A stretch of 63,313 nt of DNA, filler included, from Octopus bimaculoides (Eukaryota), in NCBI RefSeq assembly GCF_001194135.2. It is 5 parts of 5 records of this genome, joined end to end, with 100 filler letters (N's around TTAATTAATTAA, not from the genome) between each part and the next. Parts side by side here need not be neighbours in the genome. Positions count along the whole stretch, not along the records: positions 6,619 to 35,287 come from NC_068981.1; 4 more parts are not named here. One strand, given 5' to 3'. The position numbers and the translations under genes are program-made. Below, one piece after another: positions 11,666-22,130 of this stretch; position 1 is the stretch's first letter; each line of letters opens with the position of its first letter. The notes beneath the pieces were generated by a model. It was not told where the DNA came from, did not search any database, and saw only the letters and a program-made list of their open reading frames with translations.

Positions 11666-11698
11666 GGTAGTACTGAGCCAGAACAGATTAGCATCAAC

Positions 11699-12023
11699 AG
11701 GGTTATTTAAGGATGTTTAACGAAACCCCCTTGTTTCCAGAGGTGAATTATTCAAACCTCAAAGAATTCCTCTCAGCATATGGCTATGATGCGTCCCCAC
11801 TATTTTTGCTCGTGACCAGAGATGCACATATCGTCGGCCACTAACGGGCATGCTTAACGGGTTAAGGTCAAACAACTGACGAGCAAATCTGTGGTATTGA
11901 GCAGAATATTTAGTGTGGCCCATCTTTTATACCAAGACAAAACAATGTACATGATAACACTTCCAATCAGTTAAGATCAAAAGCCATGAGGGCCACTACC
12001 TGGTACTGCATGAGGGCGTTCAC
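11699..12023. mobile_element. Unclassified interspersed repeat between the RLE fragment and the second (TAA)n run; possibly the 5' end of the same element
   Basis: Non-coding segment bounded exactly by the RLE junction and the (TTA)n run at 12024-12105. I recall it as a common Octopus repeat but cannot verify that. There is no second copy in this window. Confidence 0.4.
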
Positions 12024-12105
<82 letters not shown>

Positions 12106-12289
12106 GTTCAGTAGTTTTATTTTTATAACGTGCTTTCACTTCACTACCGAGCGCAGCTCTGTGCGCTTTGGGTATGTGCTGTGGTTTGCTGTGATGCTCT
12201 TATGGTTACTGTATTGAAAGTGTTTTGCGTAGGATGTGTGCAGTGCCCAGTAGTGCAATTTTCTGTATGTTATATATATTTGTAAGTCC
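12024..12289 (-). mobile_element. R4/Dong-type element 3' end with (TAA)n tail (remainder in gap)
   Basis: The minus strand reads GLTNIYNIQKIALLGTAHILRKTLSIQ*, the typical RLE C-terminus. Its 3' UTR end tagtgaagtgaaagcacgttataaaaataaaactactgaac is near-identical to 27201-27240. Confidence 0.85.
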
Positions 12290-13819
12290 NNNNNNNNNNN
12301 NNNNNNNNNNNNNNNNNNNNNNNNNNNNNNNNNNNNNNNNNNNNNNNNNNNNNNNNNNNNNNNNNNNNNNNNNNNNNNNNNNNNNNNNNNNNNNNNNNNN
12401 NNNNNNNNNNNNNNNNNNNNNNNNNNNNNNNNNNNNNNNNNNNNNNNNNNNNNNNNNNNNNNNNNNNNNNNNNNNNNNNNNNNNNNNNNNNNNNNNNNNN
12501 NNNNNNNNNNNNNNNNNNNNNNNNNNNNNNNNNNNNNNNNNNNNNNNNNNNNNNNNNNNNNNNNNNNNNNNNNNNNNNNNNNNNNNNNNNNNNNNNNNNN
12601 NNNNNNNNNNNNNNNNNNNNNNNNNNNNNNNNNNNNNNNNNNNNNNNNNNNNNNNNNNNNNNNNNNNNNNNNNNNNNNNNNNNNNNNNNNNNNNNNNNNN
12701 NNNNNNNNNNNNNNNNNNNNNNNNNNNNNNNNNNNNNNNNNNNNNNNNNNNNNNNNNNNNNNNNNNNNNNNNNNNNNNNNNNNNNNNNNNNNNNNNNNNN
12801 NNNNNNNNNNNNNNNNNNATATATATATATATACATATACATTCATACATATATACACGTACATGCATACTTCGACATATCCTTCCTTCTCAATGTACAT
12901 AGCCTTTTTATTTTTTAAAAATATTATTTTCGCCTTTCATTAACACACTTATGATCATTACAAGTCGAACTTTAAACTTGGTAGTTAGAACAGTGAAGTA
13001 CCGCTAACTATAGACGGTCTTGCTCTGTGTGTCTCAGGGCCATCTTTATTTTCTTCATTTTTGAAATCCTACTCAGAAAAATGTCTAAATACTTCATGAA
13101 GTTTTCACAATGATTTTACTAGCACTGTGTATGTTTCAAGAGGTAACTTTTAATTTTTTGTTTTTTGATAACTAAGAGAAGGAAAGGTATATTCATACCA
13201 CTTTTAAGGGCTTCCGAGACAGACGTGCTGGAAAAGTTATTCTTCCACTGGAGATCTGACTCGAATACATGCAACAGAACGGCGCCCGCTAGGGCCACGT
13301 AGTGGTATTAAATCGGACGAATGAGTAAGACTATTGCTTAAGAATCTGATGTTCGCTGAATCTTATACCTGAATCTTAAACTGGCAATATTTTGTATAAT
13401 ACCTCGACTAAATCATCTATGATTTACAGTAGTGATACCCAAACCGACCGAGGGAACACACGCATAACAAAACATAACACAGTGCACCATATATAACTTA
13501 ATTATTATATATATATACAACACATATATATTACATATGTAATGCGACAACATTTTATAAGCAAACTTTGGAAGTTTCGAATGTGTTTAGTATTTTACAG
13601 ACAAGAAAGTAAATTTCCAACACAGTATAATGTGAAAACAACAGAAATATTAGGTATTTTCCAGTCTTAAAACGATAAAATATCTAATCTTTCTGCTGTC
13701 TTGACAGTTATACTGTGTTCGAAATTTACTTTTTTTGTCTGTAAAATACATATGTAATATTTACTGCGATAAGTAGGCATTTGTCGGTCTCGAGAGGCCA
13801 TGGATTAGAGGTGATAGTC

Positions 13820-13939
13820 AGTAAAATAGAAATAAAACTAAAAATGTATTCTTTGTGTGGTCCAGTGCCAAATGATCTACAGCCTGGCATTGATCTGCAA
13901 CCCGGCACTTGTCTGCGGCCTGGTGGTTGGAGACCCTTG
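13820..13939 (-). mobile_element. Possible hAT/Charlie-like transposon end
   Basis: The minus strand begins CAAGGGTCTCCAACCACCAGGCCGCAGAC, resembling CAGGGGTCTCCAAC-type hAT termini, followed by three degenerate 18-bp subterminal repeats (13873-13926). No partner TIR was found. Confidence 0.4.
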
Positions 13940-14309
13940 ATTTACATAATATAAACCATATTTTTGCGTCTAGGTGTGAACTATGTTCGTATATTTTCTT
14001 ATCTTCAGTACACACATATAATACACACATATACGCACACACATATAGTTGCACGCAACTACAATCACACAACTACAATCGCATAAATCACATACAAATG
14101 TATACTAGCATACACACACTTGCACGCGCACAGTGCTACACACACATAATATAACAGAATTTTGAACGATCTTATATTGCGATGGATTTGCAGCCTAGCT
14201 GATAAGAATGTTGAAGTTCTCAGAAAGTCAGAAATGCCATTCACAACAGGAAGCACAAGGAGACGGTAGACATCTGTAAAGATGGAGCAGTTATAATGTA
14301 CCTTCGTAC

Positions 14310-14340
<31 letters not shown>

Positions 14341-16277
14341 TGTATGTATGTATGCATGTATGTATGTATGTATGCATGCAGAACTAAGGATTCTGAAGCC
14401 GAAGGAATTTATTCATATACAATTAGACAGAGCAAAATAAACAAGATAAGATAAGATAAAATGAATTAAACTGTCTAATTAGTACAGGAAATAAATCATT
14501 CCGGTAATACTTCATCATTAAAATATAAATACTCTGAAAATGTTCATATCCTTTTTTGAGTCATGGGTTAGTTGCCGCGAGATCAAAGCCTTTGGAAAGT
14601 TGCAGTGTTATATTGCACAGAATCTTCAAAACGTATCTACACTTCCCAATTAGATGAATGAAGCTTAAGAAAAGCAAAAACCATCATATGCAACCAAAAT
14701 ATGACGCAAGTTGAAAGTTAGATATCAGTATACTTTTTAATTTTCACACACGCACATACACACACATATAAACTCGCAAAGAAGCACGAATGCGCACTTA
14801 CACGTACAAAAAAGCACGAAATAGTAAAATGATCATACTTATAATATTATTAACGCATTTGAAATTGATAATAAAATCTGCGAACTTCAGCTACGAATAA
14901 TCTTTCTCATTCTTAAACATAACTCCCGCCTACCAAACGGCCATATAAAAAACATATATATAAAAAAATAATATATACACACAACACACATATGCATACA
15001 CGAAGAGGCATATACATACTTATACACACATATATACACATAAACATATTTGCAATGATGAACAGAACTCGGTTTGCGAACCGGTAGTTAATGTATATAT
15101 TTTTAGTGACAACTGGTTAACGTTATACTGGATCCTGAAAGATAATTAATCTTCTTGGAAATGTTATAACGTTAATCAGGTCACAAGAGTTAAATGAAAT
15201 CTGCTTGGGAAATTCAGTTGGTTCTGTAATGTTTAAAAGTGAAAGTCAATTACTGTATATGCAGCAATAAAGAACAAAATGCCTAATCTTACCCCGTCAA
15301 GTAAGTAAGCATAGATACAAGGTGGCTGTCAACTCGTTCACGAGTATAACCTTCAGCAACAAATTACAGACAATGGCTGTCAGTAATGCTAATGCTGAAA
15401 TTTAAAGTTAATAACAGCTTGTACAAACAACACCGCTAAGACTTTCATCTACAAAGCCAAGTCGTCCAGAAACAAGCAAGAGCAAGATCTCCGGTTTCGT
15501 AATAAGGTGGGTGTTATTTCGGAATTTCCTTCTGCAAGAGAGATGTTTAGACAAATGCTAAGGATCTCTCATCCCAGCTGTTAGATGACCGTAACTCTAC
15601 TGAGTTCATCCACCCTTTGACAGGTTTTGTTTTTCGTCCTTCTGGGTGTCTAACGAAAACTGCCCTCCTAAGCAAGTAGGTTGGTAGTGTTGCTGGTTTA
15701 GTCGCCAACGGCTCGACCGAGCGACAGGGTGTGCTGGGTTAGCACAGTGACCTGATATAAAATACATACATACATACATACATACATACATACATAATAT
15801 GCATGTATACATACATACATGCATGCATGAATACACACACAAGTATAACCGCCTAGTTGTGCCGGTTGAAACAACCTTACTCAGAGTTTCATGCAACAAT
15901 GTATGTCCGCGTAACCGGTGGATGGTATAATATTTGTTTAATCAAAAGTGGAATGAGTTGATAGAACTAATCCGTGATATGAAATTCTGAGTTACAAAGT
16001 TTTAATCTATACCATCATATACTATCAATATATATATAGTCTACAGATTATGAGCGTTGATGTGGAATACTCTTTTTGATTCGTGTAAATTCATTAAGCA
16101 TACATATGCGTTCTCTCTCTTTCTCACATAGATATTTGTATTTTTCCATATACATGTCTGAATTATAAAGTGTGTGTGTGTGTGTGTGTGTGTTGTATCC
16201 CTGTAAGGGAACTCGGAAAGTTGGGCCTCCGACCAGGTATTTCGCGATACCCTTTAAAGACCGGAACTTTTCCGCAA

Positions 16278-16308
<31 letters not shown>

Positions 16309-16857
16309 CGTGTGTTTGCGTGTGTGTTAGTGTGTTTGCGTCTATCTATATCATATGTAAAATACATACATGCATTTATGTGTACAGTTGTTATGTATTA
16401 TAAATATATAGAACCACAACCACGGATGAATGTCTTTATATATACACCCATCACAACCGTATGTAAATAAACTCTATAAGCACTGTAATAAACTACATAT
16501 TATATTAAACCCTTTTCAGTTGTTTTGATTAATTCATTTTTACTGTTGTTTAATTCACTTTGATTCCGATCATATAGATCTGTGATCAGAGGCGTTTAAC
16601 CTATGGCACTAGAAATACATTAATTAACCAATGTATACTTCATTTATTTAAAAAAAAAAAACAAAGAGCTGGTCGCGATTTGAGGAGATTTCGTGGCTAT
16701 TTCGTTCCTGTGAAGCACCCACATAAGGGCTCTCTCATGAACCTGAATCAAATCAAGGTGGGTATGATGTTTTATGGTGAGTCGATGTCTGTTGTTAGTC
16801 GTATTAGTATTGATGGTGATTGGTGGAGCTGTTTATTGTCGGTATTATTTAAATCCA

Positions 16858-17506
16858 AAGCGGTGAGCTGGCAAAATCGCTAACCGCCGGACAAAATGCT
16901 TTGCGGCATTTCGTCCGCCTTTACGTTCTGAGTTCAAGTTCTGCCGAGGCCGACCTTGCCTTTCAACTTTTCGGGGTCGATAAAATAAGTATCAATTGAG
17001 CACTAATGTCGATATAATCGACTTAACCCCTCCCCCGAAATTGCTTGCCTTGTGCCAAAGATTGAAACCATTATTTAAATCCATCTAAGGCGGATGTATC
17101 GTCAAAACGTCGATCAAAATCTTTAACGACATTTCTTCCGGCATTTTGCGTACTGAGTTCAAATTCCGCCGTGGTCAACTTTTCCTTTCATCCTTTCGAG
17201 TCTATGGAATAAAATTCAAGTTAAGTCCTAGGATTAATGTTATCAACTAGCCGCCTCCCATCGAAATTGATGGCTTTATGTCTTAATTAGAAACCATTAT
17301 TTGAATCCATTTAAGGAGTGGCAGGATCGTTAAAGCATTGGAGAAAATATCTTGGTTCCCGCTCTTTACAATCCGAGTTCAAATCCCATTGAGGTAAATT
17401 TTGTCATTCATTCTTTCGGGGTAGATAAAACAAAGTATCAGTTAAATACTGAGGATCGACTGTATCGACTTAGCCCCTCTTCTCAAAATTCCTTTATTTA
17501 GATCCA
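16858..17506 (+). mobile_element. Tandem array of three family C tRNA-derived SINEs
   Basis: Units at about 16858-17069, 17086-17295 and 17312-17492. Each has a GAGTTCAAAT B-box and a gccttt/tcatcctttcggggtcgataaa-like body. Confidence 0.85.
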
Positions 17507-17770
17507 TTTTAGTCTTGTTCTAGCTTACCAAGGATCAGAAGCTTTCCAGCTGTTACCGACTCATCTTATTTTCAAGTATATTGCATCCAGAAATACATCC
17601 AAAGCGTCCTTTTTCAAGATGGCATGGTGTTATTTGAAGGCGACAATCACACGAAAACTCCCTCGTAGCCTTTTGTGGGCTTTTGTAGTTGCTTAACCCC
17701 AGGAAATTTCTGATATCTCGAGCTATTCCAGTCATTACTATCTCGTAGATTTGTATATCAAGGGTTACAT

Positions 17771-18040
17771 TGATAACTATTTTTATATCCTTCGATACAT
17801 TGGCTATACAAATTTCACGAAGCGGAGATAGACACAATTGTCTTCACACGACGTACTTCACATTACTCCACCAAACAAGATACTCCAATAAATACAAACT
17901 CTCGATTTTCTACGACTTCTATGAACTCTCAACGACACCCACGACTTCTCTCTCTCAACCCCTATACGCTACTTTTTATAAGAGATCGGCTAGTCCATTC
18001 TTCCAATCCCACAGGGGCGTCAATGACTCTCGCCACAACA
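17771..18040 (-). repeat. 3' LTR of the Gypsy element
   Basis: TG...CA termini; aligns by eye along its length with 20100-20369 (e.g. ccaataaatacaaactctc and ataagagatcgg-tagtccattcttccaatc). Confidence 0.88.
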
Positions 18041-18274
18041 TCTCCCCGTTTTGGGATTGACTTCCGCTGTAAGTTAATATTATTATTATTTTGGATGTTT
18101 TTTTTCACCACATCTCCCTTTTTGAGATTTACGTCCTAGGGAAATTTAATATTTCTTCCGTTTAGGTACTACTTCCAACCGTTCTGTTTGTTTCTTCTTT
18201 TTATGCTGCTACGCCTAGGTTCGACTTCTTGTGGCGTTGGAACCTCATAGGTGTCGTAGAGCACTTCCATGGGT

Positions 18275-18810
18275 ATCTCTCATTTCAGGCCACTTAATAT
18301 ATTTATCTGTTACAATCAAGTAATATGCGCTATTTATTGGTCCAGCAAAATCTATATGAAGCCTGGTCCATGGACTGTCGGTTTTAGGCTACGGCTGGAA
18401 TTTTACCTGTAGTGACTTGGCTGCAAGGGCACAAACCTCTGCAGGATTTCACCGACTCTTCAATGTTACGGTCCATTGTGGGTCAATATATGTAACTGGT
18501 CATAAGTAATTTCATTCTCGAAGTCCCTGGGTGGCCAATATGAAAATCCTTTAATAAACGCTTTTTAGTGCGACCGGCACTACGATTCTTTGTGTATACA
18601 TCAACACGTTGTTGCACAGTGAGAAATGGTTCGCATTTGCATTGCGCATGTTTCTATTTTCTTTGGCCTTCGGTGTTTCTTTCATTTTTATAATGAATTT
18701 ATCGTTCTCCAACTTTGATTTTATGTCTGGTAACGTAACCGGCAGTTCACGAATGACGTTACAAAGAGAATTTTTAGATTCATTTTCCGCTCGCAAAGCC
18801 TCAATCACAG
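18275..18810 (-). pseudogene. Gypsy integrase remnant (HHCC zinc finger and start of core), 3'-truncated
   Basis: RIVVP..., then HIGHPGTSRMKLLMTSYIY*PTMDRNIEESVKSCRG, ...PWTRLHIDFAGP...YYLIVTDKYIKWPE. It contains stops and frameshifts, and the rest of the DDE core is missing. Confidence 0.88.
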
Positions 18811-18959
18811 TATCTTCGAATGGTTCCGCATTTTTTCAAATCAGTCTTGATAGGCAATTTGCATGGCCTAATTTCTTGGATGGTATATTCTCCATCTTGA
18901 TATCGTAGCCCAACGTTGTAACCCATTAGCAGTACAAATAGGAATTCCATTTTTCGACC

Positions 18960-19240
18960 CAAATATCAATAATAACGGTCGGTGATTAGTCTGTAGCAGA
19001 AAACGTCTACCGTACAAAAATTTGTGAAATTTTTCACGGCAAAAATGATCGCTAGAGCTTCCTCGATTTGTCTATAATTTTTTTCTGCTGATATCAGAGA
19101 ACGTGAGGCATGAACCACCGCCTTCATGTTACCATCTTTATATTTATGCAGCATTACTGGTCCTATACCGTACTTAAAAGCATCTGAAGCTACAACAACC
19201 TCTGCTGCAGGATCGAAGTGAGCTAACGACAAATCAGATA
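18960..19240 (-). pseudogene. Gypsy RNase H remnant
   Basis: LAHFDPAAEVVVASDAFKYGIG...HASRSLISAEKNYRQIEEALAIIFAVKNF is the Ty3/Gypsy RNase H pattern (DAS to DAF; E-x-EALA with a deletion). Confidence 0.9.
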
Positions 19241-19269
19241 TTAATATTTAAAAAATTTGTCAAACGCCT

Positions 19270-19900
19270 TGTAAAACCGTAATCCTTAATTTTTTTAAAT
19301 ACATATTTTACGTGTTCGACGTGTTGATCCCTGGATTCGCTTTTAATGAATATATTATCCAGATATGGAATTGCGAATTCACAGTCCGCTAACATTGCAT
19401 GCATAATCAGTTGAAAATTCGCTAGCGTGACTTTTAATTAAACTGGTAACCTGTTGTACTTATATAGTCATTTATGTGTGTTAATTGTTAAGTATTTCGA
19501 GCATCCACCGTCTACTCTAATTTGTAGGTACACGTCAGAGAGACCCAGTTTAGAAAATAACTTTCCACCGTTTAATTTCACAAAAATATTCTGCTGAGTA
19601 GCTAGCGGATAGTGGCAAGTTTTAAGACATTCATTTAACCCAGTGGAAAAATCAGCACACACTGATTTTGTTATTCTTTTTCTTAATATACACAGTCGAT
19701 ACTGCCCATTTAGAATATTCCACTTTTTGGATAACTCCAATTTTTTCTAGTCTCTCTAGTTTTTCATTGACTTGCTTCATCGCTGCGAAGGGTACCATTC
19801 GTTTTGGTTTAAACACTGGTATGGCGTTTTCTTTTATATGAAAACACGCTTTTGTCTTCGTACATAGACCTAATTTGTCGGAAAGAACTTCAGGAAAAAT
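19270..19900 (-). pseudogene. Gypsy reverse transcriptase remnant
   Basis: FPEVLSDKLGLCTK...VFKPKRMVPF...KLERLEKIGVIQKVEYSKWA...CADFSTGLN...FSKLGLSDVYLQI...TINTHK. The catalytic motif reads YLDN (19354-19365) instead of YLDD. Frameshifted. Confidence 0.9.
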
Positions 19901-20099
19901 AGTTTTTATAATTGCTGCTGTAATTATTGTTGCTGTTGCAACTGCACCACGGAGGTTAATAATCCTTCCATGTTAACTAATTTGTCTTTGATTTTTGTAT
20001 CAAAAGAAAATGTTAACGTCTGACGTGGGCTTCAAATAAACTCGTCGCCACTTCATAAGTGGATATCCTCGTTGCCACTTTATAAGTGGATATCCTTGT

Positions 20100-20369
20100 C
20101 GATAATTTTATATCTATCGATACGTTGGGTAAAAAGATTTCACGAAGCGGGAATAGACACAGCTATCTTCACACGACGTACTTCAAATTACTCCACTAAA
20201 CACGATACTCCAATAAATACAAACTCTCAACGATCTCAACGACTTCCTACGACTTCCACGAACTCTCAACGACTCCTGCGACTTTTCTCTCTCAACCAAT
20301 ACGCTACTTATTTTTATAAGAGATCGGTTAGTCCATTCTTCCAATCTCACAATGACTCTCGACACAACA
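20100..20369 (-). repeat. 5' LTR of the Gypsy element
   Basis: Direct-repeat partner of 17771-18040. Its inner end is fused to a partially deleted PBS-like unit. Confidence 0.86.
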
Positions 20370-20520
20370 GCTGTATTATTCTTTAGGCTGTTCGGTATAA
20401 TTAGAGGGACATTTGATATTTGACAGCTATTTCTAGCAAATGGAAATACTCGTTGACTTTTGATAATCGTTTGAGAAGGTGGTTGTATTCGGTTGTTTTG
20501 GTATTTGACAATGATAGTTG

Positions 20521-20706
20521 GGATCTTTTTTAAAACGGGGGCCACATTTTTCATTAATGTTTTACGTAGTGTTTTTGGTACCGAAAGACTTTCAAACTTC
20601 GTATACTTATCTATTTTGTGTTATAGAACAGAAAAATATTTTTGTATTCGAATTTATTNNNNNNNNNNGTTATTGAAAAATGTGGCCCCCGTTTTAAAAA
20701 AGATCC
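20521..20706. mobile_element. MITE/DNA transposon with 33-bp perfect TIRs and a probable 8-bp TSD (Merlin-like by termini)
   Basis: GGATCTTTTTTAAAACGGGGGCCACATTTTTCA at 20521-20553 and its exact reverse complement at 20674-20706. Flanks are GATAGTTG (20513-20520) and GATATTTG (20707-20714), a 7/8 match. A 10-N gap lies inside. Confidence 0.7.
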
Positions 20707-21329
20707 GATATTTGTAAATGTTTGTTTCTTTTGTTTGTGTTTTGGGGTTTATTGATAGTGGCAGTTGAAGTTAAGTTATGAGCATGAAAATCATGCAAAG
20801 ATCAAAACGAAGATGTACATATTAATTCTTAACACGTTCCAACAGATGTGAATGTGCATATACTAACGCTGTTGTATTTCGCCTTCAGAGAAAAACTCCC
20901 TTCAAACGATGTGCCCTGACAACACGCTCAGTTCACTGACGTTGGTAGACTTTGAAACAGTGGTGTTTTGGTCTCATTGTGTCTCTTCAATCAAAGCTAA
21001 CTCTGAATTTATACAAGAATGGTAGCTTTTGTTTATAGAAGTTAGCAAATAAATTATTTACTGAGGTGTGCTGATATCTATCAAATCGATACTGATTTCT
21101 TATGAGCACGCAAAACAACGAGAAAGAAAACAATGATATGCATGAGTAAAAGTGGTTTTGATGGTCTGCAAACTAGTCAGTTGTGACAAGCAAAGTTTTG
21201 TAGGGTGTGTTGGAAGTGCTGTTACAACCGTCTCCTTCAATCTGGAATAAAAAAAACTTGGCAGCTCTGCTTATTAGATGTATAGTAATGATATACTAAA
21301 ATTACAATAATCTAAGACTGCCTCTCCGA

Positions 21330-21363
21330 AAAAAGTCTCAAACCTTTTCGGATACACCTTGTA
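21330..21363 (-). mobile_element. Possible Tc1/mariner terminal inverted repeat
   Basis: The minus strand reads TA-CAAGGTGTATCCGAAAAGGTTTGAGAC next to a microsatellite, resembling mariner-type termini. The partner end was not identified. Confidence 0.3.
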
Positions 21364-21756
21364 AATACATGCATACATACATACATACATACATACAGAC
21401 AGACAGACAAACAGACTGACAGAAAACGTGTATGGCCCATTGATAAGGAGTTTGCAAACCCAATGTCCAAGATGCACTTTTAGTTTCATACCTATTATTA
21501 TTGGAGCCACAGTGTCGCCTGGAGCAAAGTGTGGCTGAACTTGGGTTCTTGAGGGAGAGAATGCATCTCCTCATTCATGCACTGCAGCTGATCACGATAT
21601 CTAGAACAACAAAAGTCTTCACCATCTGCTTAACGTTGAAAGAATGATGAACAAAGTAAGATCCTTTCCTTTACAACCTTGCTACCAAGCAGGTAGCCGA
21701 TAAAAATTAACTTTAAATTAAAGAGAGAAAAAGAAAACAACATGCATTCAAACATA

Positions 21757-22130
21757 CTCCGTCGCTTACGACGACGAGGATTCCAGTTGATCCGATCAAC
21801 GGAACAGCCTGCTCGTGAAATTAACGTGCAAGTGGCTGAGCACTCCACAGACACGTGTACCCTTAACGTAGTTCTCGGAGATATTCAGCGTGACACAGTG
21901 TGACAAGGCTGGCCCTTTGAAATACAAGTACAACAGTAACAGGAAGTAAGAGTGAGAGAAAGTTGTGGTGAAAGAGTACAACAGGGTTCACCACCATCCC
22001 CTGCTGGAGCCTCGTGGAGCTTTAGGTGTTTTCACTCAATAAACACTCACAACGCCCGGTCTGGGAATCGAAACCGCGATCCTATGACCGCGAGTCCGCT
22101 TCCCCAACCACTGGGCCATTGCGCCTCCAC
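21757..22130 (-). mobile_element. tRNA-derived SINE, family B, full length
   Basis: Minus-strand head GGAGGCGCAATGGCCCAGTGGTT...GGTTTCGATTCCCAGACC (A and B boxes). About 375 bp, closely matching the copies at 23274 and 32051. Confidence 0.9.

Larger units (their letters stand above)
17771..20369 (-). mobile_element. Ty3/Gypsy LTR retrotransposon, internally deleted, non-autonomous
   Basis: Two 270-bp direct repeats (17771-18040 and 20100-20369) each start TGTTGTG on the minus strand. A polypurine tract AAAACGGGGAGA abuts the 3' LTR (18041-18052) and PBS-like TGGCGACGAG lies inside the 5' LTR. RT, RNase H and integrase remnants occur in Gypsy order. No clear TSD. Confidence 0.92.

Noticed and set aside
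16844-17506. Repeat-spacer-repeat pattern superficially like a CRISPR array
   Set aside because: The repeats are only 14 bp, the spacers are about 200-bp homologous SINEs, the context is eukaryotic and there are no cas genes.
22060-22130. tRNA-like sequences at SINE heads (also 6248, 32360-32431 and others)
   Set aside because: A and B boxes are present, but they run into SINE bodies with no complete cloverleaf or acceptor stem, so they are not tRNA genes.
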